Source of the DNA: Candidatus Omnitrophota bacterium
Lineage (GTDB): Bacteria > Omnitrophota > Gorgyraeia > B26-G9
Assembly (NCBI GenBank): GCA_016213925.1
Contig: JACQZH010000041.1
Span: 73,352 to 137,351, forward strand
Reading direction: 5' to 3'
Length of the DNA stretch: 64,000 bases
This document shows positions 49,060 to 59,595 of this stretch, piece after piece (positions within the stretch are counted from its first letter, which is position 1; each line of letters opens with the position of its first letter). The notes under the pieces are model-generated. The model was not told the origin of the DNA. It ran no database searches and saw only the letters and a program-made list of their open reading frames with translations. The translations under genes were made by a program, and so were the position numbers.

Positions 49060-50075
49060 TGATGAGAATTGAAACGAGATTAGTAATTAAGCGGTTTATG
49101 TTAGCTGTTTTTTTTGCGCTGCGTTATGGTGGATTGAGGAAACTTATTAACCTTATCTATAATGAATACGAGCGTAGAAGAATGGTTCCCAGCTTAAAAA
49201 GCAGGCCATATTTTATAAAGCTGCAGGTATCAAATTATTGTGAAGCAGGCTGTAAGTATTGCATTCGTAATTATGCTCAAGCACCTTTTCAAATGCTTTC
49301 TTATGAGAAAGCTATGGCAATTATTGATCAGGTTTGTGAAAATACTTATCTGATGGCTTTTCATTATTCGGGAGAGTCTCTTATGAATAAAGATATTTTT
49401 AAGATTGTGCAATATGCGCATAACTGCAATATTGCTACATATTTAAGTACTAATTTATTGCACCTTTCTGATTTTAAAATTTCCGAAATTTTTGAAAGTG
49501 GACTGGATCTACTGACAATTTCAATAGATGGGATTTCGCAGGAAACATATGGAGTATATCGTGAGCAAAAAAATATAAAACTTATTTTAAATAACATGCA
49601 GAAAATTATAGCAGAAAAGAAGCGAATGAGGCGTAGATTTCCTCTTGTAAATTTACAATACCTGGTTATGAATCATAATGTATATGAGATTGAACTAGTA
49701 AAAAAGCTTGGTCGTGAATATGGAGTTGACATGATTGACTTTAAGCCTATTGGGACAAAAGATAAAGCTTTTTTGCCGAAAAACAAAGAATATGTGCGTG
49801 CATCTATTGTTGGCTTAGTAAAAAAACGGATGCCATGTTGGTGGCTTTGGGGGGCGGCAGTCGTGTTAAATAGTGGGAGTATTGTCCCTTGTTGTATGGC
49901 TACGGTCAGAGAAGATGATTATTTGGCAGATTCAAAAGAATTACTTTATATCCAGTATAATAATGAACAGATGCGGAAATTAAGAGAAAAACATTCTCAA
50001 AATAATTTACATAATATAAAATATTGCGTGGATTGTCCAATTCCTTATGGGGCAATGTTAAACCAGACCATTTAA
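49059..50075 (+). CDS. radical SAM-SPASM/twitch protein
   Basis: YCEAGCKYC; C-terminus MPCWW...VPCCMA...CVDCP. Start set to the ATG overlapping the upstream TGA (TGATG). Confidence 0.6.
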   Translation: MMRIETRLVIKRFMLAVFFALRYGGLRKLINLIYNEYERRRMVPSLKSRPYFIKLQVSNYCEAGCKYCIRNYAQAPFQMLSYEKAMAIIDQVCENTYLMAFHYSGESLMNKDIFKIVQYAHNCNIATYLSTNLLHLSDFKISEIFESGLDLLTISIDGISQETYGVYREQKNIKLILNNMQKIIAEKKRMRRRFPLVNLQYLVMNHNVYEIELVKKLGREYGVDMIDFKPIGTKDKAFLPKNKEYVRASIVGLVKKRMPCWWLWGAAVVLNSGSIVPCCMATVREDDYLADSKELLYIQYNNEQMRKLREKHSQNNLHNIKYCVDCPIPYGAMLNQTI

Positions 50076-50079
50076 AAAA

Positions 50080-51123
50080 ATGAAGAAAAATATACTTATT
50101 ATTGGAAGTGCCGGTTTTTTAGGCGAAGCATTATTGAGGCATCTCTCACAAAAGGATTATAAACTAACAGGTTTTGATAGAACTAATCCGTTCCCGTTGA
50201 CGTTAAATGCTGAATATATAAAGGGGGATATCCTTGATTATCAATCAGTGCATAAAGCGATAAAAGCAAAAGATGTGGTGATTAATTGTTCTGGAGTTAT
50301 GCCGAATGCTTCAAAAAAGGAAATGTTTTCTTTACACTCTAATGGCATGGAAAATATTTTAAAAAGTGCGCTAGAAAATACGGTTGATAGAATAATTCAT
50401 ATTTCATCTCCTGCGGTGTATGGTTCTAATGATACGATCCCTTGGGGTGAAGATGCTCCATTGAGAGGGGCTAATGTGCATGCGCAGGCAAAAATTATAG
50501 CCGAACAGGTTTGTCAGAAATACAGGATTAAAGGATTATCAGTAACAATTTTAAGGCCAATGCCTCTTACGGGGCATGGAAGATTAGGAGTTTTTTACTT
50601 GTTTTATCAATTAATTGAAAAAGGAATTACTATCCCATTGCTGGGGGATGGGAAGAATATAATTCAATTGCTTGATATCGGAGATTTGTGCAATGTAATC
50701 ACTTTACTTATTCAGCAAGATAAATCACTAATTAATGATGTGTTTAATGTTGGAGCAGAACGATTTTCTACTTTACGTGAAGATATCCAGAACTTGATCA
50801 ATACTGTTAACAGTAAATCACGATTATGTTTGTTCCCAGCTTTTCCCATAAAGATCATACTTAATATACTTACGAAAATTGGGATATCGGACATTTATTA
50901 CCCAATGATTGCTATTTTAGATAAGTCAATTATACTTTCAAACGAAAAAATTAAAAAACTTGGTTGGAAAGCAGTCAAGAGTAATACAGAGTCATTAATA
51001 ACAGGCTACTATTGGTATTTAAAAAATAAAGAGAATATTATTGAAACAAAAACTAATCGCGGAAAATCTTCAAATAAAGCGTCTCGTTTATTAAATATCC
51101 TTTTTAAAAAGGCTTCGAAGTAA
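50080..51123 (+). CDS. NAD-dependent epimerase/dehydratase (extended SDR)
   Basis: ILIIGSAGFLGEAL glycine-rich NAD motif; length typical of the family. Confidence 0.55.
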   Translation: MKKNILIIGSAGFLGEALLRHLSQKDYKLTGFDRTNPFPLTLNAEYIKGDILDYQSVHKAIKAKDVVINCSGVMPNASKKEMFSLHSNGMENILKSALENTVDRIIHISSPAVYGSNDTIPWGEDAPLRGANVHAQAKIIAEQVCQKYRIKGLSVTILRPMPLTGHGRLGVFYLFYQLIEKGITIPLLGDGKNIIQLLDIGDLCNVITLLIQQDKSLINDVFNVGAERFSTLREDIQNLINTVNSKSRLCLFPAFPIKIILNILTKIGISDIYYPMIAILDKSIILSNEKIKKLGWKAVKSNTESLITGYYWYLKNKENIIETKTNRGKSSNKASRLLNILFKKASK

Positions 51124-52548
51124 TAGCAGAAGCCAAAGTCTTACGGTATTAAATTGGCGTAATATAATGAGAATAGTAAAGTTGCAAAAAATCATGCGTC
51201 GTAAATATGAAGCAGATGCATAAAAAGCAAGGTATGCTTTGCTTGCCCATGCATTTAAATCCTTTCTGCTTAATATTACGTCAGGATTTTCCCATAATCG
51301 TGTTTCTATCGTGTTGTTTAGATAAGATTCAAGCCAGGGGTCTTTATTGAATTTTTTTAATATTTTATTATAGATATCTGTGTAAGGCAATGGTACAGTA
51401 ACTATAAACTGCGCAAAATGTAATGGCAATTTTTTTGCAAACTGAATGGTGTCAGAAATGCTATTTATTGTATCACCGCTATTCCCAATCATAAAAAAGC
51501 CTAAAGTTATAAAATTACGTTTTACGGTTGCAGCTATAATGTGTTCTATATTGTTTAGAGACGTTGGACGTTTCAGTGTCTTTAGTATATCGCTACTTCC
51601 TGATTCAATCCCATAATGAATGCTAATGCATCCAGCTTTTTTCAGCTCATCTAATAAATCAGGGTCCATGTAATCAGTACGGGTACGGATTGCCCATTTT
51701 ATATCTATTTTATGTTTTCGCAGTTGGCTGCAAAATGATATTGTCCTTTCGCGATCTATGGTAAAAGTCGAATCCAAGAAAGTGATTTCTCTGATTCCGA
51801 ATCGATAACGGCATTCTTCGATTTCTTCTATAGTTTTTGATAGTGTTCTTTTTTGGTACGGGATCTGTCTGTCGGTGCAATAGGTACATTTGAAAGGACA
51901 TCCGATACTGGTTATCATTGTTGTAAATTTACTATGGATGGAAAGAGCTGAACCATATAGGCCGTTATTAATAAGTTCCCGAGCTGGAAAAGGGAGTTCA
52001 TCAAGCACATAGGCATCTTCTGGAGGATTTTGAATGATTTTATTATCCTCTTGATAAACGATGCCATTAATGTGCTTAAAACTTTTTTTGCGTGCTATTG
52101 TTTCGATAATAGATGGCAGGGAGGAGAACCCTTTACCAGAGAGAACGATATCTATTTGCTTGTTTTTAGCGACTATTTCAGGATAAAGCTGGGGGAAATG
52201 TCCTCGAGCAATAATTACAGCGGATGATATTTTTCTGATCAACTTTAAACAATCGATTTCATAACGGGGATTGAAAATGTTGATGGATGAACAGACAATA
52301 TCCGGCTGGTTATTTTTTATATATAAAATAATGTCTTGTAGTGAAAAATAGTCTAATTCACAATCAAAAATTTTTATGTTATGCCCATTTTTTTTAAGTA
52401 ATGCTGCTGAATAAAGCAGCCCCAAGGGGGGATAACGGACAAGCCATTTGCAATACAGCGTTGAAGAAAGACACCCTCCGGGATTAATGATACTCGATGC
52501 TGAGGAAGTCCCGGCTTTAAGAGGGAAACGAATAAATAGGATATTCAT
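51091..52548 (-). CDS. B12-binding radical SAM protein (only minus-strand gene in the window)
   Basis: N-terminal B12-binding-like domain and SIGCPFKCTYC. Convergent 33-nt overlap with 50080..51123. Confidence 0.7.
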   Translation of the reverse strand: MNILFIRFPLKAGTSSASSIINPGGCLSSTLYCKWLVRYPPLGLLYSAALLKKNGHNIKIFDCELDYFSLQDIILYIKNNQPDIVCSSINIFNPRYEIDCLKLIRKISSAVIIARGHFPQLYPEIVAKNKQIDIVLSGKGFSSLPSIIETIARKKSFKHINGIVYQEDNKIIQNPPEDAYVLDELPFPARELINNGLYGSALSIHSKFTTMITSIGCPFKCTYCTDRQIPYQKRTLSKTIEEIEECRYRFGIREITFLDSTFTIDRERTISFCSQLRKHKIDIKWAIRTRTDYMDPDLLDELKKAGCISIHYGIESGSSDILKTLKRPTSLNNIEHIIAATVKRNFITLGFFMIGNSGDTINSISDTIQFAKKLPLHFAQFIVTVPLPYTDIYNKILKKFNKDPWLESYLNNTIETRLWENPDVILSRKDLNAWASKAYLAFYASASYLRRMIFCNFTILIILRQFNTVRLWLLLLLRSLFKKDI

Positions 52549-52944
52549 AAACGAATAATTTTAGTTGCAAATAATTTATATAGAATAATCACGTCAATTA
52601 GAGTTATCAACCTAATTTCACTTTACAAAACATATTTAATATGTTACATTAAAGTTAAATAAAATCAAGGTTATTAATTACATTTATCATAAAAAAAGGA
52701 AAATATGATTTATTGGAGACCTGTTCCCAGGGGAAAACCACGTCCCCAAAAATAACTGTTCTTAAAGTATAGAGTATATAGAGAGTATTGGTAATATTAA
52801 GTAAAATGCTAATATTGTGCTATATAAAAATTCTGGGTTTATGCTAAGCGTAGTTGATATTTTCCCCGGATTATAATGTCTTCGGTTTATTTCTTAAGCT
52901 TATAGACATATAACATATTGTTTTAATAGGAAAAGCTTTTTAAT

Positions 52945-54468
52945 GTGAAAATTTTGCTTTTATCCCCTCCCAGACAGTATTGGCCATTCATAGGTGAATA
53001 TGATAATTTTATTCTGCCGCAGCATTTGGCTTGTTTAGCAAGTGTATTAGAAAAAGATGGTTTTGAGGTTAATGTATTGGATTGCATGGCTAGTAAATGC
53101 GGCTGGAAAACTCTTGCTGAATATATAAAAAAGAATCAGCCAGAAGTTGTTGCCTGCGGAGAGAATCATGCGTTGTATAGCCATGAGGTTGTTAAAGTAT
53201 TTTCTCTAGTAAAAACTATTAATTCAGCTATAATTACGATTGCTGGGGGAACTCATTTTTCTGTTTTAGCTGATGATTATGCAAAAAATCGGGATATCGA
53301 TTTTATTGTGATTGGTGAAGGAGAAATTACATTGCTTGAATTAATGCGTGAATTACGCTCAGGCAGGAGTAATTTTAAAAAAATACCAGGTATCGCGTAT
53401 TTTTTTGATAATGAAATTGTTTACACTCCACACCGTAGATTAATTGAAAATCTTGATGAATTGCCTCATCCGGCATACCATTTAATGCCGATGGATGCTT
53501 ATGGGAAATCGCGTTTTTTATTTTCTCCGGGGGGGATAACAATTCATCACAGCAGGGGGTGTACTGGTAGTTGTAAATTCTGTGCTTGGTGGCTACAAAT
53601 GGCAGATCGTAGAGAAAAAGACGGAAAAATTGAGCTTAGACCGCGTTGGCGTACAAAAGGAGTTGCTAAAACAATAGAAGAAATAAAAATTTTATACCAT
53701 GAATACGGAAAAAAATGCTTTATTTTCGTCGATGAATCCTGGAATATAGACAGTTTATGGAATAATGATTTTGCTGAACAAGTATTGAAGGAAAAATTAA
53801 AAATAAATTATTTTGCTTTTATGCGCGCTGATTGTATTATTCGGGACCAGAAAAAGGGGATATTCAGAAAATTGGTCAGTTCAGGTCTTGCGCATATTTG
53901 TGTTGGTATTGAACGCTGCGAATCGGATATCAATGCGCGGTTTAATAAGAGTTTTGGCACCAGTGAAATAACCAGGGAGTGTTTTTCAATATTAGAACAG
54001 TATCCGCAAGTTTTTCGCCAAGGAACTTTTATTGTCGGGCTCGAGAATGACTCGAAAGAAAGCATGATGCGGCAGGTAAAGTTTGCACGGGAATTAAAAG
54101 CGGATTACCCCGCTTTTCATCCGATAACTGTTTTGCCCGGGACCGCGTTGTGGAATGAAATGAAAGAAAAAGGCAAGTTGGAACATGTGAATTTTGGCAA
54201 ATACGATTGGGCTACGCCGCATTTTTCGACAAAATATTTATCAATTGAAGAAGTTGATTTTTTGATCTATGAGATGAATAAGGCATTTGCCACTTTGTCG
54301 TGGCTATTGCGGGGATTATTCTCGCCATACCGGTATAAACGGGATTTATATATTTGGTGGCTACTTGTTAGCGTTAAAATTGCGCTGGAATCATTGGCGG
54401 CCTTTATTAATCCTTTTCGGAGAAATGTCTTTTCAGCTTTAGTAACGCCAAAATGGTACGATAATTAG
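52945..54468 (+). CDS. B12-binding radical SAM protein
   Basis: IAGGTHFS...FIVIGEGEITLLEL; SRGCTGSCKFC. GTG start. Confidence 0.65.
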   Translation: MKILLLSPPRQYWPFIGEYDNFILPQHLACLASVLEKDGFEVNVLDCMASKCGWKTLAEYIKKNQPEVVACGENHALYSHEVVKVFSLVKTINSAIITIAGGTHFSVLADDYAKNRDIDFIVIGEGEITLLELMRELRSGRSNFKKIPGIAYFFDNEIVYTPHRRLIENLDELPHPAYHLMPMDAYGKSRFLFSPGGITIHHSRGCTGSCKFCAWWLQMADRREKDGKIELRPRWRTKGVAKTIEEIKILYHEYGKKCFIFVDESWNIDSLWNNDFAEQVLKEKLKINYFAFMRADCIIRDQKKGIFRKLVSSGLAHICVGIERCESDINARFNKSFGTSEITRECFSILEQYPQVFRQGTFIVGLENDSKESMMRQVKFARELKADYPAFHPITVLPGTALWNEMKEKGKLEHVNFGKYDWATPHFSTKYLSIEEVDFLIYEMNKAFATLSWLLRGLFSPYRYKRDLYIWWLLVSVKIALESLAAFINPFRRNVFSALVTPKWYDN

Positions 54469-54469
54469 T

Positions 54470-55543
54470 ATGAAAAAAATAATTTGCAAAGGAAAACAAT
54501 TTTTATTGGCATTGAATATTTCATATCGTACTTTTTCATTTTTAAACGGAGTCCAAATCGTGAAATTTATTTTTAAAAGGTTTGTTTTAAGACAACATGT
54601 TCCTATGCTTGGAATTTTTTCTGTTACGTACCGTTGCCAATGTTCCTGCGTACACTGTGGAGTCTCGGAGTATATCAATAAAAAAATGACAAAAGAATGT
54701 ACAGAAGAAACAAAAAGGGTTATTGATGTATTTGTTAGGTATGGAATGCTTAAAGTTAATTTTTTTGGTGGAGAACCCTTATTACGTAATGATATCGTGT
54801 TGCTGGTAGCATATGCAGTTCGGAAGGGGTTGCGTACTTCTCTATCCACTAATGGGATTTTATTGACTGAACCGCGTATTTTAGAATTGAAAAAGGCAGG
54901 GATTGGGAATATAACGGTCAGCATTGATAGCGCTGAGCATAAAACGCATGATCGGTTGAGGGGCTATGAAGGGTGTTTTAATGCTGCAGTTAATGCATTA
55001 CGCTTATGTGTGAAGCACAAAATTCCTGCGGCGATATCATGCTATGCATCAAAACAATCAATAGCGGACAATAATTTATCTAAAATCATTTCCCTCGGAG
55101 AGAAAATAGGTGTTGATGCGGTTAAAATACGTATGCCGATTCTTGCGGGTAAATTGAAAAATTCGCAGGAACAGCGATTAAACGAACATGAAATAGAATA
55201 TCTTAAGGGGCTGTTGAAGGATCATTCCCGGGTCTACATAGAAGAAGCTTTTTATTATGTGGCATTTAAGGAAAAATGTTGTTCTGCGTTGAAAAAACAG
55301 CTGATTTATGTTTCTCCTAATGGAGAAGTTCAGCCATGCCCGGCTATTGCCGTATCATTAGGAAATATTTTATCTGAAGGTAAATTGGGAAGAATTTTTA
55401 ATAAACCGATAGTGAAACAGTTTTATAGTAAATACTCTGGTATAGATTCATGTTTGGTGAATACTGAGCAATTTCGCAGGAGTTATTATCCGATTAACGA
55501 TGAAGCGGTATTGCCTTTAGCAATAGAAGAACTCCTTCCGTAA
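54470..55543 (+). CDS. radical SAM-SPASM/twitch protein
   Basis: VTYRCQCSCVHC, FGGEPLLRND; C-terminal Cys pairs (KCCSAL...QPCPA). Confidence 0.65.
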   Translation: MKKIICKGKQFLLALNISYRTFSFLNGVQIVKFIFKRFVLRQHVPMLGIFSVTYRCQCSCVHCGVSEYINKKMTKECTEETKRVIDVFVRYGMLKVNFFGGEPLLRNDIVLLVAYAVRKGLRTSLSTNGILLTEPRILELKKAGIGNITVSIDSAEHKTHDRLRGYEGCFNAAVNALRLCVKHKIPAAISCYASKQSIADNNLSKIISLGEKIGVDAVKIRMPILAGKLKNSQEQRLNEHEIEYLKGLLKDHSRVYIEEAFYYVAFKEKCCSALKKQLIYVSPNGEVQPCPAIAVSLGNILSEGKLGRIFNKPIVKQFYSKYSGIDSCLVNTEQFRRSYYPINDEAVLPLAIEELLP

Positions 55544-55619
55544 TTTTTTTTCTCCAAGCGAATAGCAGATATCGCTGGAGACGCGGTTAAAAATAAGCAG
55601 GGCCAAGGACCAATATTAT

Positions 55620-57068
55620 ATGCGAATACTTCTTATTAATCCGAATAATCCGCTTAATTGTAATGATGCAATGATAAATATTTTTGTCGGGGTGGCTGCG
55701 CCGATGGGGCTTTTGAAGATCGCTGCGGTGCTTTTGCAAAAAAAACATGAAGTTAAATTTTTTGATCAATATGTAGAATATAAAAGTAAGAATCAAATAT
55801 TTGAGTTTATGCGTAATGAGCATCCGGATGTTGTGGGCATATCAGTCATTGCGCCCACGTTTTCGTGGGTTAAAGAATTGTGTTATTTTATAAGAAAGGA
55901 ATTACTGCAAACGAAAATTGTCCTAGGGAACAGTTTTGCTTCATTATACGCTCAAGAGATACTGCGTGACGAAGTGGCGGACGTTGTAGTTTTCGGTGAA
56001 GGTGAATATAGTATGCCGGAGGTTGTCGAGTCGCTTCAAGAAAACAGGCCATTAACATGGATAGCCGGGATTGCTTTTAGACAGGGAGAAGAGGTTGTTA
56101 TCACAAAACAGCGTGCTCCAATATCCGACTTGGATGCGCTTCCATATCCGGCGTGGAATTTGATTAATATCAATAACTATAATCGGGTGCCCATGCTGGG
56201 ACTATACGGACCATCTGCGATGATTCAAGGGTCGCGAGGATGCGCATATCATTGTTTTTATTGTTCGCAGGATGCAACATTTCGAAAATTCCGGAAACGA
56301 TCCATTGTATCGATTGTGGATGAAATGGAATATTTATATGAACACTATCATGTGCCCAATATTATTTTTCTTGATGCGTATTTTCCGTTTTCTATACAGT
56401 CAGGTTTTGAGTTTTGTGATGAGGTTATCCGGCGCGGATTACATGAGAAGGTGAGATGGGTTACCGAGACAAAGGTTGATCAAGTAAACGAAGCGCTTTT
56501 GAAGAGAATGAAGGAAGCGGGGTTGTATTTGATTATGTATGGCTTTGAAACAGGCAGTGAGCGCATCCTTGCCATGATTAATAAAAATACTTGCCTTGAG
56601 CAGGCACACGAAGCCATGAAATATACGAAGAAATACGCTATAAAAACACTCGGCTTGTTTATGATTGGTTTCCCGGAAGAAACAGAAGAGGAGGTTAAGA
56701 AAACAATCAGATTCTCTCAGGAACTTGATTGTGATCTGGTAAAATATAATTTACTGATACCGTATCCTGGCACCGGACTGTACGAGCGCTATTTTAGCGA
56801 TCGGCTTTTTGCGTATAAAAATCCGGATTTGTTTAACAGCTGGTATGATATGGTAATCCAAAAGCATGATGTGTTTAATTGCAGTGTGATATCCGTCCGG
56901 CGGTTACGGCAACTACGTATTTTTGCAATTTTGAGTTATTATTTACGTCTACGTGTTCTTTTGCGGCTTTTTATAAAAAGAACGTTGCGCGTAGGTATGT
57001 GTTATAAAGTGGTTTGTTTTTTGCTTTATATTTCTTTACGAGGGAAGAAACAAAGAAAAATATTATAA
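55620..57068 (+). CDS. B12-binding radical SAM protein
   Basis: HPDVVGISVIAP...VVFGEGEYSMPEV; SRGCAYHCFYC. Confidence 0.7.
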   Translation: MRILLINPNNPLNCNDAMINIFVGVAAPMGLLKIAAVLLQKKHEVKFFDQYVEYKSKNQIFEFMRNEHPDVVGISVIAPTFSWVKELCYFIRKELLQTKIVLGNSFASLYAQEILRDEVADVVVFGEGEYSMPEVVESLQENRPLTWIAGIAFRQGEEVVITKQRAPISDLDALPYPAWNLININNYNRVPMLGLYGPSAMIQGSRGCAYHCFYCSQDATFRKFRKRSIVSIVDEMEYLYEHYHVPNIIFLDAYFPFSIQSGFEFCDEVIRRGLHEKVRWVTETKVDQVNEALLKRMKEAGLYLIMYGFETGSERILAMINKNTCLEQAHEAMKYTKKYAIKTLGLFMIGFPEETEEEVKKTIRFSQELDCDLVKYNLLIPYPGTGLYERYFSDRLFAYKNPDLFNSWYDMVIQKHDVFNCSVISVRRLRQLRIFAILSYYLRLRVLLRLFIKRTLRVGMCYKVVCFLLYISLRGKKQRKIL

Positions 57069-57098
57069 TGGTAAGCATGGGAACAAGAGGAGTATAGG

Positions 57099-58157
57099 AT
57101 GAAGTCATTACATAAAAGCAATATTGACGCGATGTTCAATATCTGGAATGACATGTATTCTCTTATCGAGTTTCGACGCTGCACGCGTTGCCTTCTGCCT
57201 GAAACAATGCCGGGTATTGTTTTTGATACTCAGGGAGTATGTAATTATTGTAATTTATATAAGAAACGAGTAATGCCAGAAGATATCTTGTTGGATGAAA
57301 TTTTAGCTCCGTATCGGAAAAAAGGTACTGATCCGGATTGTATTGTTGCCTTAAGTGGGGGAAGGGATAGTTCTTTTGGGTTGCACTATGTTAAAAAAGT
57401 TCTTGGGTTAAAACCGGTTGCGTATACCCATGACTGGGGATTAATCCCGGACATAGCAAAACGAAATCAAAAAAAAATGTGTGATTCTTTAGGTGTTAAG
57501 CATGTTATTACCTATGAAAATGCGAAAAAAATCCGAAAAAATCTTTTGAAGAATATCAAGGCATGGCTTAAAAAGCCTGCGTTGGGAATGCTTCCGTTGC
57601 TGATTTCTGCAGATAAAAAACCGTATTATTATGCGCATAAGATTAAGAAGAGTACAGGGATAAAATTAATGGTTGCTTGTTTGGGGCATAATTATGAGGT
57701 GCCGGCTCTTAAAATGGGGTTTTGCAATATTTTCAACAAATATCCGAGGCTGACTCATGAAATCTCGTCGCCTGATAAATTAAGGCTTGGGTTATATTAT
57801 TTTAAACAGTGTTTAGCGAATCCCTTATATATCAATAGTTCGTTATTAGATACTTTGCATGGATATGCGTCTATGTTTTTCTTACCGATTCAAACGAATG
57901 GCGATGTTTTATTGTTTAAGTATATAAAGTGGGATGAGCAGGAGATTACAAAAACATTAATTAATAATTATGGGTGGGAATGCCCTTCTAATACTAAGCT
58001 CATCTGGAGGATGAGTGATGTGGCTTCATTTTTTCATAGTTATATTTATTTAGCTGTTGCCGGATTTACCGAAAATGATACTTTTCGCAGTGCTCAAGTC
58101 CGCGATGGCGTTATGGATAGGGAAGAAGATCGGAAGAGCGTCTGTAGGGAAAGATAA
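57099..58157 (+). CDS. N-acetyl sugar amidotransferase (WbuX/PseA-like PP-loop ATPase)
   Basis: N-terminal zinc-ribbon-like CTRC...CNYC followed by PP-loop IVALSGGRDSSF. AGAGGA RBS upstream. Confidence 0.6.
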   Translation: MKSLHKSNIDAMFNIWNDMYSLIEFRRCTRCLLPETMPGIVFDTQGVCNYCNLYKKRVMPEDILLDEILAPYRKKGTDPDCIVALSGGRDSSFGLHYVKKVLGLKPVAYTHDWGLIPDIAKRNQKKMCDSLGVKHVITYENAKKIRKNLLKNIKAWLKKPALGMLPLLISADKKPYYYAHKIKKSTGIKLMVACLGHNYEVPALKMGFCNIFNKYPRLTHEISSPDKLRLGLYYFKQCLANPLYINSSLLDTLHGYASMFFLPIQTNGDVLLFKYIKWDEQEITKTLINNYGWECPSNTKLIWRMSDVASFFHSYIYLAVAGFTENDTFRSAQVRDGVMDREEDRKSVCRER

Positions 58158-58167
58158 TAGGTGATTT

Positions 58168-59595
58168 ATGAAGGTTGTATTTGTTCAGGCTCCTGCAACA
58201 CGGATACGTTATAATGTGGGGGGGGCTTTTTCTATTCTTCCTCTAGGTATTGCCTATCTGGCAAGACAGTTGAAAAATAATAATATTGATTTTGAGTTTT
58301 TTTATCCGCGAAGACAGGGGGATTTTTTTTCTGAATTCCAAAAATACATGAACGGGTTTTCCGGGCAACAGATCCTTGTGGGAATTTATACAACATTATT
58401 TAGTGCCCGAGAAGCTTTTTGTTTGGCACAGGTCGCTAAGAATAGTAATAAAAAAAACGTTACCCTGTTAGGCGGTCCTGTAACTTCCTTTTCTCCGGAT
58501 TCGATTTTCAGATTTTCCGATTGGATTGACTTTATTATATCAGGAGACGCTGAAGATACGCTTATGCCGCTTATTTTTTCATTACCGCAGAGCAAATTTG
58601 ATTCTGTCTCAAATATTTCTTACAGGCATAATGGCAGGGTTATCTCTAATAACTGTAAGGAGATTGGGGATTTAGACGCCCTTGGTTTTGCCATGAGAGA
58701 AGCATTTCCGATGCATTTGCATAAATTATATCCGCCAATGGGCAGGTACGCTCCAGCGTATCTGGTAGAAACAATGCGAGGATGCGGTTTTTCTTGTGGA
58801 TTTTGCTCTTTACCTAAGATAGCAAGAGTTCGTTCTGTAGATATTGTTATTAATGAATTGAACTTGCTTAAAAAGGAGTTTAAGGCCAGGGAGGGACATT
58901 TTATTGACCCTACTTTTACTTTTCGAAAAGAAAGAACTATGGAATTATGCCAGAGAATTGTCGAAAGAAAGATAGATATAGCTTGGTCATGTAAAACGAG
59001 GGTGGATTGTTTAGATGAGGAGTTGATTCAACAAATGAAGAAAGCAGGGTGTTATATGATTCATTTCGGGGTAGAGTCTCCAAATGAACATATTCTTAGT
59101 AAAATTAATAAAGGACATTCCAGGGATCAGATTTGCGCCGCATTTCTAATGTGTAATAAATACAAGATCAAAACTGGAGCTTTTATGATTATGGGAGCGA
59201 CTCGATTTGAGAATAAAAAAACAGTAAATGAGGCGATAAGTTTTATTAGAAAAATTAAACCCACATTTGTTTTGTATGACCAGATAAGGCCGATTCCTGG
59301 TAGCGCCTTAACTGTTAATGCCCAAAGAGACGGGATAATAACCCAGAATGATATAGAACAGTTTTATCTTGGAGATAAAACTCAAAGTAAGTTGCATAAG
59401 ATTACGGTAACGGGTATTACTAAAACACAAGTAGAGCAATGGGTATCCAGGGCTTCAAGGGCTTTTTATTTATCTGGGCAATTGTTATGGCGTATGCTCT
59501 GTAGCCTTAAAACCGTGAATGACTGGATAAATGCTTTTAGGGCAGGAATATTTTATTTTTCTGATATGACATGGGGTGGAAATGCAAAAGTTTGA
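58168..59595 (+). CDS. B12-binding radical SAM protein
   Basis: LLGGPVTSFSPD...FIISGDAEDTLMPL; MRGCGFSCGFC. Confidence 0.7.
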   Translation: MKVVFVQAPATRIRYNVGGAFSILPLGIAYLARQLKNNNIDFEFFYPRRQGDFFSEFQKYMNGFSGQQILVGIYTTLFSAREAFCLAQVAKNSNKKNVTLLGGPVTSFSPDSIFRFSDWIDFIISGDAEDTLMPLIFSLPQSKFDSVSNISYRHNGRVISNNCKEIGDLDALGFAMREAFPMHLHKLYPPMGRYAPAYLVETMRGCGFSCGFCSLPKIARVRSVDIVINELNLLKKEFKAREGHFIDPTFTFRKERTMELCQRIVERKIDIAWSCKTRVDCLDEELIQQMKKAGCYMIHFGVESPNEHILSKINKGHSRDQICAAFLMCNKYKIKTGAFMIMGATRFENKKTVNEAISFIRKIKPTFVLYDQIRPIPGSALTVNAQRDGIITQNDIEQFYLGDKTQSKLHKITVTGITKTQVEQWVSRASRAFYLSGQLLWRMLCSLKTVNDWINAFRAGIFYFSDMTWGGNAKV

